A DNA stretch of 64,000 nucleotides from NCBI GenBank assembly GCA_965662345.1, contig CBFIHE010000008.1, forward strand, positions 28,587-92,586, read 5' to 3'. The stretch is from Salibacteraceae bacterium (GTDB lineage Bacteria > Bacteroidota > Bacteroidia > Flavobacteriales_G > Salibacteraceae). The position numbers and the translations under genes were made by a program. Positions 9,123-18,231 of this stretch are shown here, piece after piece (position 1 is the stretch's first letter; every line of letters begins with the position of its first letter). The notes under the pieces are model-generated. The model was not told the origin of the DNA. It made no database searches and worked only from the letters and a program-made list of their open reading frames with translations.

Positions 9123-9168
9123 GGTTCTTTCGTCTCCTGCCAAATATATTCAAATTTCAGTACTGCCT

Positions 9169-9672
9169 CTACCCGCTTATTGAACGAAGGCGCTCAAGGA
9201 TTTCATATACTGCTGGACATATAGACGCATTTTTTACAGTTAAGCTGCTTATTTGATGCATATTCTTTCTATTGGTATGTGGATATTCTCTGCATGCCCG
9301 TGGTCTATCTTCATATACTTGACAGGTGTTGTCTTCATTTAAAAAGACACAAGGCGATTCCTGTAAAACAAAATCTCCATCTTCATCTTCTCTCAAGTAT
9401 TTCTCTATGAATTCTATGGGTTTCATTCTAAAACGCTTAGATAAACGCTCAATGTCTTTATCAATAAAAATAGGGGTTGTGGTTTTGCAGCAATTCGCAC
9501 AATGCAAGCAATCTAGTTCTTCAAACACATCATCGTGCTCTTCGCGGAACAGCACATCCATTTGCTTAGGCTTCTTCTTCAGGCGTTGCATAAGCTTTTT
9601 ATTGCTTTTCTGCTTAGCTGTTGCTAGGTCTTGAAGTTTCTCTAACCTTTGTTGTACTTCTTTCTGATTCAT
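9169..9672 (-). CDS. YkgJ-family cysteine-cluster (CxxCxxCC) protein
   Basis: 167 aa. It contains CLHCANCCKTTTP plus CVFLNEDNTCQVYEDRPRACREYP, which is typical of the UPF0153/YkgJ zinc- or iron-chelating domain. Confidence 0.8.
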   Translation of the reverse strand: MNQKEVQQRLEKLQDLATAKQKSNKKLMQRLKKKPKQMDVLFREEHDDVFEELDCLHCANCCKTTTPIFIDKDIERLSKRFRMKPIEFIEKYLREDEDGDFVLQESPCVFLNEDNTCQVYEDRPRACREYPHTNRKNMHQISSLTVKNASICPAVYEILERLRSISG

Positions 9673-9676
9673 TGAG

Positions 9677-10276
9677 ATGACAAAAATGCGATATTACGCC
9701 ATTTATAAACCCGATGGTATGTTAAGTCAATTCACAAGCGAAGGCTCAAAAAAATGTCTTGCAGATTTAGACTTTAACTTTCCAAAAGATGTGTATCCAG
9801 TTGGTAGGCTCGATGAACTTTCTGAAGGGCTTCTTCTATTGACCAATGATAAGCGAGTAAATGATGCTCTTCTTAACCCCAAACATGCTCATACAAGGGT
9901 TTATCAAGTTTGTGTTGCTGGAGAGGTTTCAAACGATGCGCTACTTCAATTGACCAAGGGGGTAGAAATCAAGGCGAAAAAAAGCAAGCACTTTGTGCAG
10001 GCCGCTTCAGCCCGTAAAATTCCAGATCCAGGTTATCCAGAGCGAAATGTTTCGTTCAGCTACTCCAAAGAAAAAGGCCTTTCTTGGTGTGAACTCACAT
10101 TAACCACTGGCAAGAATAGACAAGTAAGAAAAATGACAGCTGCTGTAGGATTTCCAACTCTGAGGTTGGTGCGTACACGAATAGAAAAGATATCTTTAGA
10201 CCAAATGAAGCCTGGTGATGTTGTTGAGATTCAACGGGATGAGTTCATGAATTTAACAGCAATAAAACTCAAATGA
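9677..10276 (+). CDS. Pseudouridine synthase, RsuA/RluE-type without an S4 domain
   Basis: 199 aa. It has the catalytic motif GRLDELSEGLLLLTNDKRVNDALLNP and the NRQVRKM motif. Confidence 0.85.
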   Translation: MTKMRYYAIYKPDGMLSQFTSEGSKKCLADLDFNFPKDVYPVGRLDELSEGLLLLTNDKRVNDALLNPKHAHTRVYQVCVAGEVSNDALLQLTKGVEIKAKKSKHFVQAASARKIPDPGYPERNVSFSYSKEKGLSWCELTLTTGKNRQVRKMTAAVGFPTLRLVRTRIEKISLDQMKPGDVVEIQRDEFMNLTAIKLK

Positions 10277-11016
10277 TTGATTTTGCATGGTTACAGTCAC
10301 CAGATGGATGGCTTGCGCTAGTAACATTAACAGTACTGGAAATTGTATTGGGAATAGATAATATCGTTTTCATATCTATACTTACCAATAAGTTACCCGA
10401 GGATATAAGAAGCAAAGCACGTTCATCTGGAATAGGGTTGGCCTTAATCCTGAGAATAGCCATGCTGATGGGAATAACCTGGATTATTCAATTTCAAGAA
10501 CCTCTATTTACGGTGTTCGAAACTGCATTATCTGGTCGAGATTTAATTCTGCTTTCTGGAGGCTTATTCCTAATTTTTAAAAGTACCCGCGAGATTCATC
10601 ATAAGGTTTCGCCTGATGAAGAACCAGAAACTGAAACACTGGGAAAAGCCGCGAAAAAGAGTTTTCTCTACATCATTATTCAAATTGGCATTCTGGATAT
10701 TGTGTTTTCTTTTGATAGTATTCTTACCGCTATTGGAATGGCACAGGAGTTATCCATCATGATTCTGGCTGTAGTTATTTCTTTGGTTGTAATGTTGGCC
10801 TTTAGTGGTTCTATAGCGCGACTTGTAGAGACCTACCCTACTCTTCAAATGCTTGCTCTCAGTTTCTTAATCTTAATTGGTTTTGTTTTGATTACAGATG
10901 GACTGCATCAGCATATTTCCAAAGGCTATATCTATGCAGCTGTAGTGTTCTCACTAGCTGTGGAAGTGTTGAATATTCGCGTATCTAAACGAAAATCAGC
11001 CCAAGCTGGAAAGTAA
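10273..11016 (+). CDS. TerC-family integral membrane protein
   Basis: 247 aa and multi-TM, with the LEIVLGIDNIVFISI signature. ATGA overlap with the upstream gene. Confidence 0.85.
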   Translation: MIDFAWLQSPDGWLALVTLTVLEIVLGIDNIVFISILTNKLPEDIRSKARSSGIGLALILRIAMLMGITWIIQFQEPLFTVFETALSGRDLILLSGGLFLIFKSTREIHHKVSPDEEPETETLGKAAKKSFLYIIIQIGILDIVFSFDSILTAIGMAQELSIMILAVVISLVVMLAFSGSIARLVETYPTLQMLALSFLILIGFVLITDGLHQHISKGYIYAAVVFSLAVEVLNIRVSKRKSAQAGK

Positions 11017-11667
11017 TTCTGAAGAACTTTTGATGATTTCTTCTTTCTGCTTCCTGCGGTACTGCATTACCCATCTGGGGTGTGGTATGGTTTCAATGCG
11101 CTCAAACCAGCCGTGCTTCGCATTCAATTTCTCTAAGAACTTAACATTCTTCCCCTTGCCTACACTAACGGCTACATCTTTAGCCCCAAAGCTGAGTTGC
11201 TTCTCAATTTGCGAAACAATGTAAGGCGTTAACTTGGCTTCTAAATCAGGTTGGTCGTAGTAGTTAATATTCTTTCCATCTTTTACATAACCAACAGGGG
11301 AAACAGCAGAAATATAGAAGTCTTTGTAGAATTGGGTTGGGCCTCCCATGAAGTCTATCAGATCATAAATATAGGCAGCAGATAGCTCAGACCGCTGATC
11401 TAATTCATTTTCGAATCCAAGTTTAGTTAAAGTCGCAGGATCAGTAAAACCGATTCCTGTTAATCCAGAACCAAACCTACCAGGGTTAATCCCAAAAAGG
11501 AAAGTGCGCTTATAACTATCATTGAAGTACGTATTATAGAATGATTGAATGAGTTCTTTTACCTCTACACTTTCGAATGGAGTTAATACTCCAATACCCT
11601 TTGGTAAGCTATTCGGTACCTCTAGTTGTGATAAGTATTCAGCAGCTTGCTCTCCAAATGAACGCAT
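10996..11667 (-). CDS. Uracil-DNA glycosylase superfamily protein (DUF4918/SMUG2-like)
   Basis: 223 aa with a GINPGRFGSGLTGIGFTDP motif-1-like block and a C-terminal HPRW block. The call is made from motif memory. Confidence 0.6.
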   Translation of the reverse strand: MRSFGEQAAEYLSQLEVPNSLPKGIGVLTPFESVEVKELIQSFYNTYFNDSYKRTFLFGINPGRFGSGLTGIGFTDPATLTKLGFENELDQRSELSAAYIYDLIDFMGGPTQFYKDFYISAVSPVGYVKDGKNINYYDQPDLEAKLTPYIVSQIEKQLSFGAKDVAVSVGKGKNVKFLEKLNAKHGWFERIETIPHPRWVMQYRRKQKEEIIKSSSELLSSLG

Positions 11668-11843
11668 ATTCCTATCGGTTTAGAGTTAAAAGTACATTTC
11701 TTCAAAACAAAATTACATGTATATACATTTATTTAGATGTATTCTTGAAGCCTCAAATGTTAACCGTGGGCCTCAACGATGCATTTATGTTAGTTCGGTA
11801 GCTCATTAAAAGAATTAAATAACATCCTCAAATAAATCAAACT

Positions 11844-12473
11844 ATGGATATTTTATCAGCAATGCGTAACCGCTACGCAACAAAGAAATTTAATGCAGAA
11901 AAGAAAATCTCTAACGAAAACCTAGCAACTATTTTTGATGCTATTAACCTCTCTCCTACTAGCTACGGGCTTCAATTATTTAAGGTTCTTCATGTAAAAA
12001 ACGAAGAGACCAGAAAAGCTCTCCAGCCCACTGCGTGGAATCAGTCACAGGTAGTAGATGCTTCAGAATTATTGGTGTTTATGGCTAAAAGTGAGTTTGA
12101 TGAGTCTGATGTAGATCAGTACATTAACTTGGTTTCTGATACGCGTGGTGTAGATGCTGAAGCATTGAAGGGCTACGGAGACTTCATGAAAACTAAACTT
12201 GCTGAAAAAGGCGACCAAGGCTTTTTAGAATGGACTTCTAGGCAACCTTACATCGCTTTAGGAAATGCCATAACAGCTGCTGCATCTGTTGGAGTAGACT
12301 CTTGCCCTATGGAAGGCTTTGAACCCTCTGAGTCTGCAAAGGTATTGGGCGTAGCTAATTCAGGGTATGTACCAGTAGTGATCTTAGCGCTTGGTTACCG
12401 ATCTGAGGAAGATGCAACCCAACATGCCGCCAAGGTAAGAAAGCCTCTATCTCAACTCATTGAAACTGTATAA
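11844..12473 (+). CDS. Nitroreductase-family NAD(P)H oxidoreductase
   Basis: 209 aa. Features are RYATKKF near the N-terminus, SYGLQ, and the layout typical of oxygen-insensitive nitroreductases. Confidence 0.8.
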   Translation: MDILSAMRNRYATKKFNAEKKISNENLATIFDAINLSPTSYGLQLFKVLHVKNEETRKALQPTAWNQSQVVDASELLVFMAKSEFDESDVDQYINLVSDTRGVDAEALKGYGDFMKTKLAEKGDQGFLEWTSRQPYIALGNAITAAASVGVDSCPMEGFEPSESAKVLGVANSGYVPVVILALGYRSEEDATQHAAKVRKPLSQLIETV

Positions 12474-12500
12474 TTGGATCACCAATGGTAATTTGGAGAA

Positions 12501-12762
12501 ATGACCAATGGTGAAAATGTCACATTTTACCTTCGTTCTTAAGGTTGCTTGAGAGCGAAGGTTTTTTGTAGTTAACCCGTTAGGGCATTTCGTACTAGAA
12601 CATACAGAGAAGTACCCATCTTGTAAAGGCCTTGGATTTGGCAGTAGAGTAATGAAGGAGATTTTACACCTAGCCAAACCAGAGTCCAAATCCGTTATTT
12701 TTACTTGCCCCTTTGCAAAACAAGTTTTTGCAAAGAAACCAGAGTGGTCAAATGTGCTTTAG
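12501..12762 (+). pseudogene. Decayed small GNAT-like acetyltransferase (YjdJ/Acetyltransf_CG type)
   Basis: The reading is MTNGENVTFYLRS-TAA-GCLRAKVF, then a frame change in a T-run (GTTTTTTG, ~12560-12567), then VVNPLGHFVLEHTEKYPSCKGLGFGSRVMKEILHLAKPESKSVIFTCPFAKQVFAKKPEWSNVL-stop. The C-terminal CPFAK...KPE motif is typical of this ~90-aa family. Confidence 0.55.
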
Positions 12763-12774
12763 CATCTTTTGCCA

Positions 12775-13203
12775 ATGAAATTAAAAGATATAACCAAAGA
12801 ATATCCAAATGATGAAGTCACAATTGTTTGGAAGCCTAAGAAGTGTATTCATTCAGAGAAGTGTTGGCGGAATTTGCCAGAAGTCTTTAGGCACGGGAAA
12901 AAGCCATGGGTAGACCCTAATGGTAAGTCTGCAGAAGACATAAAAATACAGATAGACCAATCCCCGAGTGGAGCATTATCTTATTACTCGAATAAAGAAG
13001 GAAATAACACCAATTCAAAGCCTACAGTAACCGTTGTTGATGTTGCTCCTGATGGTCCGCTTTTAGTAAAAGGAGAGTTTGAAATCAAAAAAGCAGATGG
13101 AACAATATCTGTAGAGACCAATGCAGCACTTTGTAGATGTGGTGCAAGTACTAATAAGCCATATTGTGACGGCTCACACGTAAAAGTAAACTTTACAGAT
13201 TAA
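12775..13203 (+). CDS. Iron-sulfur protein: divergent 4Fe-4S mono-cluster domain fused to a CDGSH domain
   Basis: The track ORF starts at TTG 12769, and ATG 12775 is more likely. It has the N-terminal block WKPKKCIHSEKCWRNLPEVF and the C-terminal block CRCGASTNKPYCDGSH. Confidence 0.8.
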   Translation: MKLKDITKEYPNDEVTIVWKPKKCIHSEKCWRNLPEVFRHGKKPWVDPNGKSAEDIKIQIDQSPSGALSYYSNKEGNNTNSKPTVTVVDVAPDGPLLVKGEFEIKKADGTISVETNAALCRCGASTNKPYCDGSHVKVNFTD

Positions 13204-13646
13204 ACCTTTGCAGTATCTAATTCACATTTCTTTAATGGTAATGAATTAAGGTGTTCAAAGAATTTTAAGTATTTGCCAACAAAAATCATAGCATTTTCAG
13301 GAAGTTGAAATACTCCAATATTCATGAGGCTGCCTACATAGTAAATAAACGTGAGCAAGAAGCCTGTTGTACGTTTTTCATTTACCAAGATGGCTATGCT
13401 AGCACTGGTACGCTTAGGGCTAGCTGTTAGTATTTTTATGAAGTACTTAAGATCTGAAAGGTTAGCGGTTAGCCTGGCATCACGCATATCAATAGCACCA
13501 TTAATATCGGTTCTGTAGAGCGGGTGGTTCCAAACTAGCTCCATTGCACAAAGCAATTCTTTGATATTGAACTCACCTCTGTAACGTGCGTAGATAAAGT
13601 CTAATTCTTTAAATATTTCATATTCATAAGTGTTTTTATTTTTCAT
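13200..13646 (-). CDS. Hypothetical protein (possibly a STAS-like fold)
   Basis: 148-aa clean ORF with no recognised motif. Its stop codon overlaps the stop of the convergent CDGSH gene (TTAA). Confidence 0.45.
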   Translation of the reverse strand: MKNKNTYEYEIFKELDFIYARYRGEFNIKELLCAMELVWNHPLYRTDINGAIDMRDARLTANLSDLKYFIKILTASPKRTSASIAILVNEKRTTGFLLTFIYYVGSLMNIGVFQLPENAMIFVGKYLKFFEHLNSLPLKKCELDTAKV

Positions 13647-13712
13647 AATCTGTAATTTACAAAACGTTTATCAAAAACAAAAACACAGCACCCTTTTTCT
13701 TGTTTGCTAATT

Positions 13713-13895
13713 ATGATTGAAGCATCATATATCTGTTTGTTTTGTTTTTCTTCAAACACTACATCGGTTGAGCCCATAGAAGGGTTTCAGTCGTATGTAG
13801 AAGACTGTCAAACCTGTTGTAATCCGCTACAGTTTGAGGTTCAAGTACACAATGGTGAACTTGAGTCATTGGAAGTAATTTCTTTAGAGCAATAA
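13713..13895 (+). CDS. CPXCG-type cysteine-rich small protein
   Basis: YICLFCFSSNTTSVEPIEGFQSYVEDCQTCCNPLQFEV matches the C..C...EDC..CC.P pattern of this family. ATG 13713 is preferred over the track's TTG at 13704. Confidence 0.7.
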   Translation: MIEASYICLFCFSSNTTSVEPIEGFQSYVEDCQTCCNPLQFEVQVHNGELESLEVISLEQ

Positions 13896-13898
13896 AAA

Positions 13899-13927
13899 AG
13901 GAGCCCATTTGAGCTCCTCTTCTATTA
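13899..13927. terminator. Bidirectional hairpin terminator between convergent genes
   Basis: AGGAGC-CCATTTGA-GCTCCT. On the minus strand (downstream of icmF) it is followed by TTTTTTATT. On the plus strand the T-rich tail is weaker. Confidence 0.6.
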
Positions 13928-13946
13928 ATTTATTTATCGATTACGT

Positions 13947-16900
13947 TTACATGTTTCTGCGATATTGACCACCTACTTGGAATAGTGCCTCTGTGATTTG
14001 ACCCAGCGAGCAGTATTTAGCTGCTTCCATCAACTCTTCAAAGATATTCTCATTGTTAACGGCTTTATTTTGCAGTGATTTCAACAAGTCTACTGCCTTG
14101 TATTCAAAACGACCTTGCAGATTCTTGACCATGTTAATTTGGTACTCCTTCTCTTCCTTAGTGGCTCTAATCACCTCTGCTGGAACTATTGTTGGTGAAC
14201 CTTTAGAGTTTAGGAAGGTATTAACCCCAATAATTGGGAATTCACCATTGTGCTTCAGCGTCTCGTAGTAAAGAGATTCTTCTTGAATCTGTGTACGTTG
14301 ATACATGGTTTCCATGGCGCCTAACACTCCACCGCGTTCTGTAATTCTGTCAAACTCGGTAAGAACAGCTTCTTCAACTAAATCTGTTAATTCCTCAATG
14401 ATGAAAGAACCTTGCAATGGATTCTCATTCTTAGCTAATCCCAATTCTTTATTGATAATCAACTGAATAGCCATCGCTCTGCGCACACTCTCTTCGGTTG
14501 GCGTTGTTATGGCCTCATCATACGCATTGGTATGCAAAGAGTTACAGTTGTCATAGATGGCATATAACGCTTGTAGCGTTGTACGGATATCATTAAAATC
14601 AATTTCTTGTGCATGCAATGATCTACCACTTGTTTGAATGTGGTACTTCAACATTTGCGCACGCGGATTAGCTCCGTATTTCTTAGCCAGAGCCTTGGCC
14701 CAAATTCTACGTGCTACCCTACCGATAACCGCGTACTCTGGATCTATTCCGTTAGAAAAGAAGAAAGATAAGTTTGGACCAAAGGCATTGATATCCATAT
14801 CCCTGCTCAAGTAGTACTCTACATAAGTAAACCCGTTTGCCAATGTAAAGGCCAATTGAGTAATGGGGTTTGCTCCTGCTTCTGCGATGTGGTAACCAGA
14901 AATGGATACCGAGTAGAAGTTTCTTACTTTTTCATTGATGAAGTAACTCTGCACATCTCCCATTAATCGCAAGGCGAATTCTGTACTGAAAATGCAGGTA
15001 TTCTGAGCTTGGTCTTCTTTCAATATGTCGGCTTGCACAGTGCCACGAACAACGGCCAGTGTGTCTGCCTTGATTTTAGCATAAACATCTGCAGGAAGTA
15101 CCTGATCACCTGTTACACCTAAGAGCATAAGGCCTAGTCCGTCATTACCTTCTGGCAACTCACCAGTATAGGTTGGTACTGGCTGACCATATCCTTTGTA
15201 GATAGCTTCTATCTTCTGTTTTACTTCAGCTTCTATCCCTTGTTCTTTGATGTACTTCTCACATTGCTGGTCAATAGCAGCATTCATGAAAAAAGCCAAA
15301 AGCATGGGAGCAGGACCATTAATTGTCATGGAAACCGATGTGGTTGGAGAAGCTAAATCAAAGCCTGAATAGAGCTTTTTAGCATCATCTAAACAACAGA
15401 TTGAAACTCCTGAGTTCCCAATTTTACCATAGATGTCTGGTCTCCAATCTGGGTCGTTACCGTAAAGTGTAGTGGAATCAAAAGCAGTTGATAAACGTGC
15501 TGCTGGCATGCCTTTGCTCACATAATGGAAACGCTTATTGGTACGTTCTGGACCACCTTCTCCAGCGAACATACGTGTTGGATCCTCTCCTGTTCTCTTG
15601 AACGGGTAGATACCTGCAGTATATGGAAACTCTCCTGGAACATTCTCTTGCAACGTCCATCTCAAAATATCTCCCCAAGAACTGAATCTAGGTAAAGAAA
15701 CTTTTGGGATTTGTGTATGCGAAAGTGATTCTGTATGGGTTTGAATATTGATTTCTTTATCGCGTACTTTAAAGGTGTATACAGGTGCTTTGTAGCGCTG
15801 AACCTTGTCTTGCCACTCTGTTAGACTCACCCAATTGTGCGGGTCTAGGTTCATTCGTTCTTTGTCGAATTCCGCTTTTAACAGATCTACTAAAGCTTGT
15901 TTATCACTATCAACTTGCAATTCGTTCTCCCAATCGTTTGACTTGATTGGTAGCGACTTACCAACTATTGCTTCAAGTGAACCATGAAGCTTGTATAATT
16001 TGTCAGCAACAACTTTTTGCTGCTCTGCCCATTGGTCAAAAGCTCTGTTGTTTTCTGAGATTTCACTCAAGTAACGCGTTCTTGCAGGCGGGATGATGTA
16101 AATCTTCTCACTCATCTCCTTGGTTACCACAAAACTGGTTTTCAAGTTGGCTCCGGTCTTCTCCACCATGCTCTCCATTAAGCTGCGGTAGAGCTGGTTC
16201 ATACCAGGATCATTGAATTGAGATGCGATGGTACCATGAACTGGGAGTGTACTATCATCAGCATCCCATAGTTGGTGATTTCGCTTGTATTGCTTCTTCA
16301 CATCGCGAATGGCATCTAAAGCACCACGCTTATCAAATTTGTTGATGGCTACGATATCGGCAAAATCCAACATATCGATTTTCTCTAACTGCGTGGCCGC
16401 ACCAAATTCAGGAGTCATTACGTACAGTGCTAAATCACTGTGGTCCATAATTTCCGTATCGCTCTGCCCTATTCCTGAGGTTTCAAGAATAATCAAGTCA
16501 TACTCAGCAACTTTCAGAATGTTAACCGCCTCGTTGACATACTTACTCAGTGCCAAATTGCTTTGGCGAGTGGCCAAAGAGCGCATATACACACGGTCGT
16601 GGTTAATCGCATTCATGCGAATTCTATCTCCTAAGAGCGCCCCGCCTGTTTTACGCTTAGATGGGTCAACGGAAACAATAGCAATTTTTTTATCGTCAAA
16701 ATCCAATAAGAACCTGCGCACCAATTCGTCTACCAAAGACGATTTACCCGCACCACCTGTTCCAGTAATTCCAAGCACAGGGGTTTTGGAGTCTTTGGCA
16801 AGTGATTCAACCTCGTCTAGCAGGACTGTATGGTCATCTCTGAAATTCTCAGATGCTGAAATCAATCGCGAAATGGATTTAACATCTTGTTTCTTTATGG

Positions 16901-17369
16901 CATCTAAATCACCTTGTAACTCTTTACCAACAGGGAAATCTGCTTGCTTAACAAGATCATTAATCATACCCTGTAAGCCCATTTCACGACCATCATCTGG
17001 ATGATAAATTCGAGTAATGCCGTATTCATGCAATTCTGCAATCTCTTCGGGCAAGATGGTTCCACCTCCACCTCCAAAAATCTTAATATGTCCAGCACCT
17101 CTCTCTTTCAAGAGATCGTGCATGTATTTGAAGTACTCGGTATGTCCACCTTGATAAGAAGTCATGGCAATGGCTTGTGCATCTTCTTGAATAGCTGTAT
17201 TCACCACTTCATCTACAGAACGGTCATGACCTAAGTGAATTACCTCACAACCCGTTCCCTGTATGATTCTGCGCATGATGTTGATGGCAGCATCATGACC
17301 ATCAAACAGGCTAGCTGCAGTAACTACGCGGACGTTATTCTTTGGCTTGTATATCTCTATGTTTTTCAT
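13947..17369 (-). CDS. icmF: Fused isobutyryl-CoA mutase (B12-binding domain + MeaB-like GTPase + mutase catalytic domain)
   Basis: 1140 aa. It has an N-terminal B12-binding block ([15 protein letters not shown]), a P-loop ([17 protein letters not shown]) and a C-terminal methylmalonyl/isobutyryl-CoA mutase-like domain. Confidence 0.9.
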   Translation of the reverse strand: MKNIEIYKPKNNVRVVTAASLFDGHDAAINIMRRIIQGTGCEVIHLGHDRSVDEVVNTAIQEDAQAIAMTSYQGGHTEYFKYMHDLLKERGAGHIKIFGGGGGTILPEEIAELHEYGITRIYHPDDGREMGLQGMINDLVKQADFPVGKELQGDLDAIKKQDVKSISRLISASENFRDDHTVLLDEVESLAKDSKTPVLGITGTGGAGKSSLVDELVRRFLLDFDDKKIAIVSVDPSKRKTGGALLGDRIRMNAINHDRVYMRSLATRQSNLALSKYVNEAVNILKVAEYDLIILETSGIGQSDTEIMDHSDLALYVMTPEFGAATQLEKIDMLDFADIVAINKFDKRGALDAIRDVKKQYKRNHQLWDADDSTLPVHGTIASQFNDPGMNQLYRSLMESMVEKTGANLKTSFVVTKEMSEKIYIIPPARTRYLSEISENNRAFDQWAEQQKVVADKLYKLHGSLEAIVGKSLPIKSNDWENELQVDSDKQALVDLLKAEFDKERMNLDPHNWVSLTEWQDKVQRYKAPVYTFKVRDKEINIQTHTESLSHTQIPKVSLPRFSSWGDILRWTLQENVPGEFPYTAGIYPFKRTGEDPTRMFAGEGGPERTNKRFHYVSKGMPAARLSTAFDSTTLYGNDPDWRPDIYGKIGNSGVSICCLDDAKKLYSGFDLASPTTSVSMTINGPAPMLLAFFMNAAIDQQCEKYIKEQGIEAEVKQKIEAIYKGYGQPVPTYTGELPEGNDGLGLMLLGVTGDQVLPADVYAKIKADTLAVVRGTVQADILKEDQAQNTCIFSTEFALRLMGDVQSYFINEKVRNFYSVSISGYHIAEAGANPITQLAFTLANGFTYVEYYLSRDMDINAFGPNLSFFFSNGIDPEYAVIGRVARRIWAKALAKKYGANPRAQMLKYHIQTSGRSLHAQEIDFNDIRTTLQALYAIYDNCNSLHTNAYDEAITTPTEESVRRAMAIQLIINKELGLAKNENPLQGSFIIEELTDLVEEAVLTEFDRITERGGVLGAMETMYQRTQIQEESLYYETLKHNGEFPIIGVNTFLNSKGSPTIVPAEVIRATKEEKEYQINMVKNLQGRFEYKAVDLLKSLQNKAVNNENIFEELMEAAKYCSLGQITEALFQVGGQYRRNM

Positions 17370-17471
17370 GCATTGATTGATTAAAGCGCTGTTCGGACGC
17401 TAAAGGAACGCGAATTTAAGTAATCCTGTTCATCATACTTGCTTCAAAAGACGCAATCCACAGACAACACT

Positions 17472-17479
17472 TAGGTTTG
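17472..17479 (+). promoter_or_regulatory. Candidate -7 promoter box (TAGGTTTG)
   Basis: TAnnTTTG match 20 nt upstream of the ATG at 17499. This is a motif match only. Confidence 0.3.
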
Positions 17480-17498
17480 CAGTAGTTTAAATACAATT

Positions 17499-18227
17499 AT
17501 GAATAAGTTTTTACTCTTTACACTGGCCCTTAGCCTTTTCACTGTTTTTTACACCCTCAATAATAAGAGTAAAGCCAATGAAGGCGACCTCCCAGAAGTG
17601 CATACGGTATCCGCTATGCGAGAGGTAATGCATAAGGGCGAACTCCAAGGCAAGTTTAGGTTTGATACACTTTCTAGCACTGAACACCTTTATGGTATTG
17701 GGCCTCTGGAAGGGTTGCGCGGAGAAATTCTTATTCTAGATGGTGTTCCCCTTGTGAGCACCTACGCCTCAGGTTCCACCATGCATGTTGCGGAAAACAC
17801 AGAACTCTCTGCCCCATTCTTTGTGTATTCCAAAGTTTCTGATTGGGAAGAAACCCCACTGTCTGCTGATATAGTTGACCTATCAAGTTTGGAGAACTAC
17901 CTTATTGAACGCATCGATACGTTAGACGAACCCTTTTGTTTCAAACTTACTGGCAAAGCCGATGTTGCAGAGATTCATGTGCAGAATTTGCCTATCGGAA
18001 AAAAAGTCTCTTCACCCAAAGAGGCGCATCAAGGTCAAGTAAACTACACTTTAATGAATAGGGATGTAACGTTAGTGGGTTTCTTCTCTAAAAACCATCA
18101 AGGTATATTCACGCATCACGATACGTTCATGCATTTACATTTGGTAACCGATGCGCAAGATTTTATGGGGCATTTGGATCACATCGCTATGCGAGACATG
18201 ACCCTTTATCTTCCTAACGGACTTTAA
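17499..18227 (+). CDS. Acetolactate decarboxylase-like protein with an N-terminal signal or anchor
   Basis: 242 aa with a hydrophobic N-terminus. HTVSAMREVM...LYGIGPLEGLRGEILILDG and the C-terminal HHDTFMHLHL...GHLDH resemble ALDC family blocks. Confidence 0.55.
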   Translation: MNKFLLFTLALSLFTVFYTLNNKSKANEGDLPEVHTVSAMREVMHKGELQGKFRFDTLSSTEHLYGIGPLEGLRGEILILDGVPLVSTYASGSTMHVAENTELSAPFFVYSKVSDWEETPLSADIVDLSSLENYLIERIDTLDEPFCFKLTGKADVAEIHVQNLPIGKKVSSPKEAHQGQVNYTLMNRDVTLVGFFSKNHQGIFTHHDTFMHLHLVTDAQDFMGHLDHIAMRDMTLYLPNGL

Positions 18228-18231
18228 AACA

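Noticed and set aside
12447-12689. 80-aa minus-strand ORF
   Set aside because: It is antisense to the GNAT-like pseudogene, whose plus-strand reading has a recognisable family motif.
16285-17004. 239-aa antisense ORF inside icmF, together with 14053..14268, 15805..15987 and 17001..17234
   Set aside because: They are open frames antisense to a confidently identified, highly conserved gene. They are Ser/Leu-rich with low-complexity composition, which is typical of shadow ORFs.
17370-17498. A second riboswitch or leader upstream of icmF or the ALDC-like gene
   Set aside because: I looked for cobalamin-riboswitch core blocks on both strands and found none. Only a TAnnTTTG box is present.
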